From positions 57,104,001 through 57,168,000 of the forward strand of contig NC_058368.1 in the NCBI RefSeq assembly GCF_018350175.1: a stretch of 64,000 nucleotides of DNA, in the 5' to 3' direction. Positions 37,938 through 49,215 of this stretch are shown piece after piece. The stretch is from Felis catus. Taxonomy: Eukaryota. The position numbers and the translations under genes are program-made. Within the stretch, counting starts at the first letter, position 1, and the number at the start of each line of letters is the position of its first letter. Under the pieces are notes generated by a model. That model worked only from the letters and a program-made list of their open reading frames with translations, did no database searches and had not been told where the DNA came from.

Positions 37938-39079
37938 AAGAATAACATTGACTAAATAGAATTATTTTGAGAATATAAAAAAACATGTGGATTGGAATTT
38001 TATATAAATTAGTAAAATGCTTTCATACTTTTTAAGACAAAAATCCCACCAAGGTACAAAAAATATATGACTGTTTTATAACAAATATGGGGGGAGTGAA
38101 ACACAATCATGATGAAGAGCAAAATCGATGCACCCTTAACAATATGAAATCCAACTGCAAAGGTCCAGCAGAAGTTTTTGTGGAAAAGAAGAAATTCTGG
38201 GTTCTCATCTGGTTTTAGAAGTCTCTGTGGAGATCAGCCTCGGATGGATTAAATTTCAGGAAGCCCCATATTTTTGTGAATGCCATGAAACCAAATCCTC
38301 CCTGTTCCCTTAGATGTAACTTTTGCTTGATCATTTGTCTGTGGTACAAGAGCCAATGACAATTGGCTGGATTGACAATCCTTCTGGATTTCCTAAGGGA
38401 AGGCTAAAAATATTGACTAGCTTGCTTCTGATGCACAAATTCTGATGAATTGATAGTGATTGATTGAGAGAGCACATCAAGAATTCTTCAGTTAATTCTC
38501 TACATAGTTAGAAAAATGCACTTATCAATTAGGCAGCATTCATGATGTTTACTTGTCAGTTCTGAGCTATATTATTCTGAAACCTAGAATTCTTTACAGG
38601 CCTTAATAGTTAACGGTATCAGAAAAGCATAGGCACATACAATATAATATTAGGGAAACCAATATAGTCTTCATCTCTGAATTTCAATCATACAACAGTA
38701 CCACTGTTTACAGGTTCATGAAAGTAAGAATATAAGGCTCTACTATTATGCAAATACCATTTGGAATGGTTAACATAGAGGAGGGCACTGCAGTTCCCTC
38801 TATACCAGAACTGCTTTGCATACGGTTAGGCAACCTCTTATCAGAATCCCCCAATAATAGGACTAGGAATAGCTTTGTTCCAAATGCTCTTCTATTAAGA
38901 TTGGTGTAAGGTAGTACAGATGAGGATTGGGGAGCACTGTGAGAAGGAGCAAATGGAACGAAAGAGCAAGTGAAAGTAATCTGCAGGCATAAGCCAAAAG
39001 TTAAAATTTCCCTCTGGTTGATCTCAAAGACTTGGACTGACATCAATGGAACTCAACATTCCCTGGAAGTCTTTTATCT

Positions 39080-39580
39080 GTGAAATAATCAGTTGGGGTT
39101 TTTGTACTATTTGATCACACTCTTCCAATATTTTGATTCTATTTATCTCTAGCATGTCTGTTCTTCTTTCTCATTTTGATTTTGTTTTGATCCCTCTTCT
39201 ACCTCATTTTCTGTTTTCCCCTTTTGCTCTCCCTTCCTTTTCTATGTGGATTGTCACTTAAATCACTGTCACCAATTTTCTTAACTACCTTAGCCATTTG
39301 CTCTTCATGCCACTGTAAGATTGATTTGTAGAATTGTAGTTGATTCCAGTGCAGACTGGAGCAAGGGAGGCTCACCAGCAATCCTGACTGGCAAGTTAAT
39401 GTCTCTAATCACATTCAGGATGCCAGCCCTGCCCTGCAATAACTCCTCCAGTCTCTTCACCTTTAATTGGGGCATCTCTTTCCCTCAATCTTTGCCACTT
39501 CTATCTGAATTGAAGAATAAAAAGGCCATTCGATAAGAATTTACTCAACTTTCCACTGTCAAAACCACAAATCTACTCTT
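39080..39580 (+). mobile_element. Degenerate L2 fragment
   Basis: CTTTGCCACTTCTATCTGAA...AAAAGGCCATTCGATAAGAATTTACTCAACTTTCC resembles L2 ORF2. Confidence 0.45.
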
Positions 39581-40124
39581 CTCCAGGAAACTGAGCAGGG
39601 TTTTTGGTGGACCCACATGCTGACTAGTGAGGAGACATCGTGTACAGAGGGTCGCTTTATGTCCTCTGACATAACCCATCTTTGTCAACCATATTGCCAC
39701 CATCATGGCTGTATCCCACTCAGGGGGTTGATTCTGGGAGCATTTTATCTTTGCTTATAAACCGCTTCAGATTCAAAACCATCCTGACAACCTCAACATT
39801 CTCACCTCTGCCTTGTGAATACAGGGGAAAGGGAGGGCTTAGTCACTGGCCTGGGACAAAACCCAACCAGTGTCTTCTCTTATCTGTGGAAAAGACTCTG
39901 TTACCTCTTATGCCCCAATACCCACAGTAACTGAATCAGTGCCGGCGGTATATTAAACAGTTACTGTTTGAATTGAACAAAAATTGAAAACAAATTAATT
40001 AATCTGATCACAATCTAATGGTAATCATAATTACAGGTCCTTATCAAAATATCTCAGGCACTAATACAAATGAAAAATAAGTGCATGTAACATGTAACAG
40101 TTCTGAAATTAGAAATACACAATT

Positions 40125-40480
40125 GGGGCATCTGTGTGGCTCAGTCATTTGAGTGTCTGACTCTTTTTTTTTTTTTTAGGTTTATTTATTCATTTTTGAG
40201 AGCGAGAGAGAGGGAGAAAGAGAGAAGAAGAGAGAGATTCTCAAGCAGGCTATGCTATCAGCACAGAACCCCATGTGGGGCTCAAACTCACCAACTGTGA
40301 TGACACCAAGGTGCCTCCAGTGTCCGACTCTTGATTTCGGTTCGGGTCATGATCACACGGTTGGTGAGTTTGAGCCCCGTGTTGGGATTCTCTCTCTCTT
40401 CCTCTTTCTCTTCCTCTTTCTCTGCCCCTCTCCTCTTATGGTGTATGCTTTCTCTCTCAAAATAATAAATTTTAAAAAAG
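40125..40480 (+). mobile_element. Can-SINE (outer copy), split by an antisense SINE
   Basis: Head 40125-40165; continuation from ~40319 through the CT tract and A tail. Confidence 0.9.
40166..40318 (-). mobile_element. Can-SINE (inner copy, internally deleted)
   Basis: Poly-T, GA tract and body in antisense; TSD AGTGTC(T/C)GACTCTT (40152-40165 / 40319-40332). Confidence 0.9.
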
Positions 40481-40912
40481 AAAGGAATTCTTTAAATCAC
40501 CATTTTGAACATTTTCTCTTAAATAAATTGTGCATAAAACATTTAGTTTTGCCGTAAATGCTAAATCTAAGCATTTCCAGCAGAACCTAAACTCTTAGTT
40601 ATAAAATGTATATTTTATATAGAGTCCATTTTATTGTATATTCCAAAAGCAGATGCTTTCATAAAGGAAGATGGGTTGTACTTCTACTTTCATCAAAGTT
40701 ATTAATATAAATTATTTTTAAAACTCTTAAGTACATGTACTTGAGTGGCTGGGCAGATAATAAAGTAAAATCACACAAAAATTGCTTTTAAAAATAAAGT
40801 TTCCACTTTTTGCTATAGTGCTTGGTCACTTAATATTTATTGTTTTCTCTATCATTGCTATATGTATATTAAAATAATGAGTAAGTACATATTATTATTC
40901 ATCTTAAGGGAT

Positions 40913-41016
40913 AATATACCCTGATATATTGAATATACCCTGATATATTGAATGATAATTCAATTTTTTGATATATTGAATATACCCTGATATATTGAAT
41001 GATAATTCAATTTTTT
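40913..41016. repeat. Nested tandem duplication (19-bp unit within a 47-bp unit)
   Basis: AATATACCCTGATATATTG repeated; the 47-mer at 40922 recurs exactly at 40969. Confidence 0.92.
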
Positions 41017-41410
41017 AAAGGGTTTATCAGAAAAAAGTTATAGTCTTTATTCTTTTAAACTTTCTAAACCATATTGATTTCTTACTGCACTTAAATAACA
41101 TGATTTAATTTATATTTGCTATTATAAGGTACTTAGCAGAGTCATTTCTTATGGAGAACAATAGATGAATGTATACAAAAGGGTAAAAATATATAGGTTT
41201 TATCTGTAACTTTTACTTCTAGAAAGGAAAAAAAAAACTTAACTGATGGATTAATTAATTATGCATTAATTATTTAGATATACTGCTGCATTCACATTTT
41301 GGCAACCCTTATTTCTAAAATCTATTAGATATTTAATACCAAAATTTATATCAACTAGTGACCAGATTATTTTATGGCCTCATGCCTGACATAGTGGCTG
41401 CTCATTTGGA

Positions 41411-41623
41411 TTTTTTTTTAATGTTTTTTTTATTTTTGAGAAAGAGAGAGAGACAGAGTGCAAGCAGGGGAGGGGCTAAGAGAGGGAGACACAGAATCCG
41501 AAGCAGTCTCCAGGCTCTGAGCTGATAGCAGAGAGCCCAACGTGGGGCTCAAACTCAGGAATCCAGAGATCATGACCTGAGCTAAGGTTGGATGCTTAAC
41601 TGACTGAGCCACACAGGTGCCCC
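41411..41623 (-). mobile_element. Can-SINE
   Basis: Antisense full copy; TSD TGCTCA(T/C)TTGGATTT. Confidence 0.96.
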
Positions 41624-42115
41624 TGCTCACTTGGATTTCTAAGCCAACTAAATTATCCTTTGTGAAATTAACTCCTGGAGCTTAATTCTATAATGTGACT
41701 CAAAAATAAGTTTATGTATTTATAGAAAGGAAGAATGTATATTGCATTAATTTTAATGCTATTTTGTATGTGCCACACATACTTTGACCTAATTCCTTCC
41801 TCCCCCCCTCACCCCCAACCAAAACATCTATGAAACTCTGGAATATTCTTGAAACTGACTATCTTAACTTAGCTACTATTTTTGTGGGTTCCTAATTATG
41901 TGGCAATTATAGACTCACATGAATCACAAAGCATCAAAAGGAATGTTTTATTAGGACAACTGTATGTATCAACTGACTTAATTCTTTGCTGTTAACTATT
42001 TCAAATCTCTGACAATAGCACAAATGTCTCATCTTCTATTGTTACCCGAATGTAGAAGAGGATAGATGGATGGAAGAAAGAAAGAGAATTTGGCCATTTA
42101 AAAGTATAGCATTAA

Positions 42116-42337
42116 GGGGCACCTGGCTGGATCAGTGGGTTAAGCATCTGACTTCGGCTCAGGTTATGATCTCACAGTTTGTTGTTTTGAGCCCTGCATT
42201 AGGCTCTGTGCTGACAGCTCAGAGCCTGGAACCTGCTTCAGATTCTGTGTCTCCCTCTCTCTCTCCCCCTCTCCTGCTTACACTCTGTATCTCTGTGTGT
42301 GTGTCAAAAATAAATAAACATTTAAAAAATTAAAATC
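42116..42337 (+). mobile_element. Can-SINE
   Basis: Full copy; TSD AAAGTA(T/C)AGCAT. Confidence 0.96.
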
Positions 42338-42780
42338 AAAGTACAGCATAAAAAGAGTAAAAATCATCCTTGTATTTCATTGTTTCAAATAATCGTAAAG
42401 TGACAATAATCATTAGGTATTACAGATGATGGGTTTCTTTTTCCATTAGTTCTTTTTTTCTATTAGTTTTCTATTACTACTGCTTATATTGAAAAAAAAA
42501 ATAACCACAGAATAAATACAGGTTTAGATGCTTTTGTAAGGGAAATATCAATCACAAGTAAGGATCCACTTAGCAATGCAGAAAACACACAATTTCACAG
42601 ACAAAAATAGTCAGAAAAGCTAAAGGAAATGTGGGTACTAGACAGAAAAGGATTTTAAAACTTTAGCTCTGCTTTTCCTTCTCATGGAAACTAGCGCTCA
42701 GGAAAAAGCCTTCAGTTAGAATGTGATGTGTTAAAATAGAATAAATGTAGAAACGTGAACTTAGGAAGCATTTTCGTAAG

Positions 42781-43001
42781 TTATTTTTTTTATTTTTGAG
42801 AGAGAGAGAGGGAGAAGGAGAGAGAGAGACAGAGTGTGAGTGGGGGAGGGGCAGAGAGAGACAGAGACAATGAATCTGAAGCAGGCTCCAGGCTCTGAGC
42901 TGTCAGCCCAGAACCTGACATGGGGCTTGAGCTCATGAACCCCGAGATCATGACCTGAGCTGAAGTCAGATGCTTAACCCACTGACCCACCCAGGCACCA
43001 C
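42781..43001 (-). mobile_element. Can-SINE
   Basis: Antisense full copy with GA tract and poly-T. Confidence 0.96.
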
Positions 43002-43087
43002 TCATTTTTGAAAATCTATTTCTATGTGTCAAACAACTATTGCAGTAATCATGAATACGTCTGATACTTATATTTTATGTGCGAAGC

Positions 43088-43484
43088 TGTATCAATAGGG
43101 TTTCTCTAGAGAAACAGAACCAATAGAATCTATCTACCTACCTGCCCCTATTTAAAGAAATTTATTTTAATAAACTGTCTGACATGATCCCAGGACAAAT
43201 GTGAAATTTGCTGGGCAGGCCACCAGACCAGAAAGACGTGCTTCTGAGTCTTGAGACATAATGACAACTTTTTGTTACAGACTCCTCAGGTTATGCTACG
43301 AAGGGCTTTCAAATGACTGAATGAGGCCCACCGATATTATTGAGAGTAATCTCCTGTTCTTAATGTTAACTGATCATATAGCTGCTAAACACATCTAACT
43401 GCACAGTAGCACCTACACTGGTGTTTGATGAAATAACTGGGCACTATGGCCTACACACCTTCAGAGATAAAACTCACCCTAACA
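43088..43484 (-). mobile_element. ERVL solo LTR (MLT2D-like)
   Basis: TGTATCAATAGGGTTTCTCTAGAGAAACAGAACCAATAG left end; TGAATGAGGCCCACC; GTGTTTGATGAAATAACTGGGCACTATGGCCTA; terminal AACA. Confidence 0.85.
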
Positions 43485-44615
43485 GAGGTTATGCTGAGCC
43501 ATCACAGTGTATCATAGTAATAGACAAATTTTCTATATTCTATTGCTTTAGACTTTACATCTAAACTATTTCAAAGGTATTTAGATTTTTTTTCCATGAC
43601 AGCACTACTGCATTGCCAGAATCTTTGATATCCGTTATATTATACCTATCATATATATGGACAGAGCTTAAGCATACCGTTGAAATTTAATGTTTTTAAA
43701 TATAAGGTGAATGTTCTCATTACCAATGTATTTGAATTAAATTTTATCACTCAGAGTATCTATTTCTTTGTCTTATTAACTACTCTATTTAAAATGCAAT
43801 GATTTTGATAAATGCAAAGTATACAATCACTAATTTTTAAATAAATATCTAGCAATTGACTTATTTCCTACAAATAGTTCCAAATTAGTTTTTTCATCAT
43901 ATGTTATATTTAATAGATTTTTTTATATTGGTGATTGAGAATCCTACCATCTTTAGATAACTACCTATTATATTACTTGCAAATATCCCAAATTCATCTT
44001 TTAACAATTAAATCATATCACACTGACACATGTTGATTTTCCTGATCTGTTTTTACCTTTACAATACCTCTGACATGCTATTTGTTCTTTTTGGAACTAC
44101 AACCAAAATCTCTATTTTGATTATCTCTTTCTCTTTTGTTTTCTAAAAATGATCTTATGTTAGATAAAATGTTGTTATTACTATTACTGCCATTTCAATT
44201 TAAATATCCAATGAGCAAGAGTCTACTCAAGACCAAAGTATAATTTTGTATGATAAAAGAAGAGATTCATTAACTTTTTTTCAGGTTATGAGCATACTAT
44301 AGCCATAATGCATGGAACGGTTAATATAGCTACAACATTACAATCATTTAGAGAATTTAGCATTCTCTAAAATTTGAAATCTTATTTCATTATTTCATTT
44401 AATAAGGACTACCTGTTACTCAATATTTTTAAAATATATTTTACCTTCTAAATATTTGTTTTGTCATCTATGCCTTCATCTCCCAGTGTTTTCAGGTCAA
44501 GATGCCTTCAGATTTTAAATTGCCAGTTCAAAATATTATGTAGGTTATTTGCTGGTATTGTTACAGAATTTAAATTCTTTTTTTTTTCAATTTACCTTTT
44601 TATCAGTTCCTACAG

Positions 44616-44804
44616 GGAGAACTAAGAGATGACCTTGGAATCTAGGCAACTAGATAGGGAACATGAAAAAGAAAATCAGTCTGAAATTGCAATGGCAAGG
44701 TTATATGCTCTTAGCAATATTCTGAAACACAGAAAAGCAAGACAGTTGTTGACAAGCAGTGAGGCAGATGCAGAAAGGTTTCTGCTATTGTATGTCCAGA
44801 AATG
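44616..44804 (+). other. Candidate exon (unvalidated; lncRNA or small ORF)
   Basis: Long pyrimidine tract ending CCTACAG| and donor AAATG|GTAAGA; open frame from ATG at 44629; no recognisable repeat. Confidence 0.3.
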
Positions 44805-46051
44805 GTAAGAGTTTACTGATTCCTACTTGGACATTTAAATGGGTAAAGGGAACTTTGAAACAATATTTTTCCTCTCTGAAAAATGCTTTAACACATTAAA
44901 ATAAACTCAAGTGTAATCTAACAAAGGAGTATTTCTTTTAACTCTTACATACGGAGAGCAGGGTACTATACATTACGTTCTACTGTACTTATTTAAGCAC
45001 TCTATAAAGATTTATCTAATAGTTGATTGACAATTTGGATGAATGATGATTGCTAGAAAAGTCTCCATTCTTGCCCATGATATTAAATAGAATGAATCCT
45101 AAATCGAAACATTTACTCTGGTAATTTGCCCTTGATATTTGGTCACCTTCCAATTTTCCAATTTTAACCTGCAATTCATATCTTATACAATTATGTTATC
45201 AAAATCTGTCATCAGTATCTATTACATTTCTACCAACACACTCAGAATTTACATGGAAATGCTATCAGAGTTTTAAAAATAGCACTTATTAAGCATTGGG
45301 GCAGGGAAAAACTATCTCCGTACACACAACCAATGAGAGGTGAATGGCCAGGTGATTTACATGAAATACAATCAGCAATGTTAATAATTATTTGTATTTT
45401 TTGTTGTTACTCAAACCCTAAATGGGTTTGAGCCATCCCAACTAAAAATGTTCACCTGCATAAGAGGATAGTTTTTTTTTCTTTCTTATCATAGTTGGTA
45501 TCAAACAAGCATTGCATACCCCCCCACCACCACCACCTGTAAGGTTTTTTGTTGTTGTTGTTCTTATGACTGCTAACATCTCCAGCTGTAATGAGGCAAG
45601 GAATACAATTTGTACAAAAGTCAGGTCAATTGAGCAGCTTCACTACTAACAGCACCAACTGAGAATACGTTTAGATATGAGTTTGCCTTGGAGTAGAGGT
45701 CTTCTGCAAATATCTGACTCTGCCTACCAAGTTTTCTATATCAGACTCTGAATAGGCTATCACAACAAACGAGGTACTAGGCACCTTACCATTTTCTGCT
45801 CACATGTAATTTTGATTATAGTTTTCCTTAATTTCACATTTGGAAGGATATTGAAACACACTGTATTCATGCTTGTATTAAAAATTATTTTAATAATATA
45901 TGTGCATGAATATTATTTTCTTCCATTCTTCTTATTTATATTAGAATTAAGACACAATCTTAATAATGGCCTTGAGTACATTTCAAACTTTTAGCCATTT
46001 AACATTTTTCTTTAAGTGGAAACAATTCTCTGATAGAAATATCTATACTGC

Positions 46052-46715
46052 TGTATGACTTTCTATTGTTGCTTTACAAAATCACCATGATTTATCTGCT
46101 TAAAGCAATGCACATTTATTAACTAACCTCAGTAAGTTGGTCCTGATGGGCTCGGTTGGCTTTCAACTTAGGGTCTCAGAGGCCAAAGTTGGTGTAACCC
46201 AAAGTCTTTGCCTTTTAGGAGGCTCTGGGAATGAAACAGCTTCCAAACTTATTCTGGTTGTGGAGGGCATTTGGGTCCTGGGACTGAGGTCTGCACCACC
46301 TTTGCTGGTTGTCAAGAGGTTGTCTGTATTTATTCTGATGCTTTCCAGCTGGCTCCCACACTTCTGTGTCACCTAACCCTCATGCTAGGCAGTAGATTCC
46401 CTCACAGACTTCAAATGTCTCCAACTTCCCTTCTGCTGTATCTCTCTGCTTTCCTCTTCTTCAAGCTGGAGCTATTTCTCTGCTTCTAACAACAATGTGA
46501 TTAGATGGGGTCCACCTGGCTAATTCAGACTACTCTCACCGTCTTATGGTCCATGCCCTTGCATCAACACAGATCGTTTTATTTAGTCTCTTCTGTTTGT
46601 TTTGTATTATGATGCACATCACCAATAAAGATCATTTTGCCATGTAAGGTAATATTCACAGGTTTTGGGGATGAGATCATTGCCCATTTGGTGGAGGGCA
46701 TTATTCTGCCACAGC
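46052..46715 (-). mobile_element. MaLR solo LTR (MLT1E-like)
   Basis: TGTATGACTTTCTATTGTTGC...GCTTAAAGCAATGCACATTTATT; GGAGGCTCTGGGAATGAA; TTTTGCCATGTAAGGTAATATTCACAGGTT...CATTATTCTGCC. Confidence 0.85.
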
Positions 46716-46987
46716 TGCAGATCAGCAGGGATTGGTTTACATTCTCATTTATCTTAGCATTTGTTTGTTTGTCACCTTTTCCAAAATATGAATACATAGT
46801 TTACCATTATCTAATATAAAATTATATTAGATGAAGTTTGATGTTTTTATCTTCACTATAGACTTGGTAACATGATCAATGTTTTAACTGTAAAAAAGAA
46901 AAAAATGGAATCAGATAAAAGAAATAAGTACCCAAAGTCTCACAAAACAGTAACATTTTCAATGTTGAGTTAAGAAAATCAATAAAC

Positions 46988-47183
46988 TGGGCACCTGGGT
47001 GGCTTAGTCAATTGAGCATCCTACTTTGGCTCAGGTCATGATCTGGCGGTCCATGAGTTTGAGCCCCACGTCAGGCTCTATGTTGACCGCTTAGAGCCTG
47101 GAGCCTGCTTCGGATTCTGTCTCCCTTTCTCTGCCCCTCCCTTGTTCACGCTCTGTCTCTCTCAAAAATATATAAACATTAAA
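46988..47183 (+). mobile_element. Can-SINE
   Basis: Full copy; TSD AAAATCAAT(A/G)AAC. Confidence 0.96.
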
Positions 47184-48386
47184 AAATCAATGAACCGAAT
47201 ATTAATATATGAAACATATTTCCCTTCCAATTTTCCTTTTCTATTTCCAAAGAAAAAAATTATAGAATCTTAAATTTCCTGATGTCTTGTCCTTTCTAGT
47301 CCCTCAACAATAAGACCTTGCATCGCTCATTGAAATCAATGAGTGTGTGATGGAATATTCTTTCCATACTTAATATTCTGAACGGGCACTGCATTTAAAT
47401 AGTTTCTTTTTCCCATTTGTTCCCTCATGGAACTTAACATTCCTAGGCCAGAAGAAGACACTGTAATTTGCACCTTTTAACATGTTCTTTTCTCTCTGCA
47501 ACTTTAACATTATTCATAATGTAGTCCTATGTTACACACTATAAGTACTGCAATTAAAATTTTTGACCATCAACCCAAGCATGTTCTTTATGTGTATTCT
47601 TTAAGAATAATGTATTTATCAGTCCTGAAAGTAAACAACTCTCATGTTTATTTTATTAAAGTTATTATTTTCTAAAATGTATGACATAAAAAATGAAAAT
47701 ACATGTTTCAAATTTTTTTCTATTATTTTACTCACTTATCCCATTTTCAATCTCTATAAATGATGTAAACATATGTAAGCTCTCCATAGTTTTTAAAGCA
47801 TGAAATTCTTCATAATCTATCTTGATTACTGAATTCATCAATGAGGTAGAGACTCAACTGATACAACAATATCTTGTATCTGATATTAACAGTAAGAAAC
47901 TGTATGGCTCTATTTTAGGATTTAATTTCTTTGCAGTCTGTCCCTTCAGTATCCAGGACATTTCTGGAATGATGGATATTCTGTGAGGAAGGCAATGTCA
48001 AGCCTGCAGACATGCCTGAACACACTGTGGTAATTTATGGCCTGCTTTCTCGGTGCTAATGTAATGAGCTACATCATATTTGAGGTTCAAGAAGATAAAG
48101 ATGCTGTCATTTCAGCATTTTGACATATATTGCTATTGGAAAAATAAGCCATTTTCAAAAAGATAAAAGCCATGCACAAACTTTTCTATGTTATTATATA
48201 TAAATACAAGTGGAATCAGATTAATCATGTATATTTTCTGGCACATTATTGTTTAAAACTGGTAATAAAATATTTAGGAAAATCAAGAGCTAATGAACAT
48301 TGATATTTTACTTCTTTCTTATAAATGATATATAGAATATATTTAAAAGCACCGATATACATTAAGGTATTAATGATATGAAAAAG

Positions 48387-48388
<2 letters not shown>

Positions 48389-48453
<65 letters not shown>

Positions 48454-48463
48454 TACACATATA
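48389..48463. repeat. Interrupted (TA)n microsatellite
   Basis: AT dinucleotide run with CA/TG interruptions. Confidence 0.96.
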
Positions 48464-49005
48464 ATTGGAATTATTTTTCTAAGGAAGAAGAATAGAAGTT
48501 TAAGTCAGAATAGCACATTTATAAGTTAGGGAATTATATTTCCAAAGAAAAACCATTCTGTCTGATGGCATTATATATATATATTCCTTTGTAAATCTGT
48601 TGAATATAATATCTTTATAATGATTTCTGCAATGAAACATGTGGTAATAAATAAATATATTATTTTATCTTCCCAAATACAAAACTTTTATGTATGCTTA
48701 AGTCAATTGTCATTTTTCCCTTGCCCAGTTAAAATTTTAATTACCAGTAAAAAAACATGGGCACAAAATATTTATTTTCTTATTTGAATATTTAGATACT
48801 TCTCATTCTTTTCTGTTTAGCTTAAATAATCTCAACTGACAAATAACTGCCTTAAGTTATTAGTATGATGTGGGTTTCTGGTAAAACAACTCTAGTTATA
48901 TCACCCAAAATTTTTGAGATAAGCAGAAATTTTAGTTTATTAATTTTTCAAAAGGTTACAACCATAATTCAAATACAATTGCTGTCTAAAAGTCTACTCA
49001 TTACT

Positions 49006-49215
49006 TGGGTGCCTGGGTGGCTCAGTAGGATAAGCGTCCAACTTCAGCTCTGGTCATAACCTTGTGATTTGTGGGTTTGAGCCCCACATGGGGCTCTGTG
49101 GTGACCGCTCAGAGCCTGGAGCCTGCTTCAGATTCTGTGTCTCCCTCTCTCTCTGCCCCTCTCCTGCTCACAGTTTGTTTCTCTCTCTCAAAAATAAATA
49201 AACATTAAAAAAATT
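49006..49215 (+). mobile_element. Can-SINE
   Basis: Full copy; TSD AAAA(G/A)TCTACTCATT. Confidence 0.96.

Noticed and set aside
38708..39046. 112-aa minus-strand ORF in apparently unique DNA
   Set aside because: No recognisable protein similarity and no convincing splice sites; length is compatible with chance.
39590..39800. Possible LTR33/LTR16-like remnant
   Set aside because: Only a short resemblance (GTTGATTCTGGGAGCA...CCTGACA); too degenerate to call.
40913..41016. CRISPR-like repeat/spacer appearance
   Set aside because: Mammalian DNA; the 'spacers' are identical, so this is a tandem duplication.
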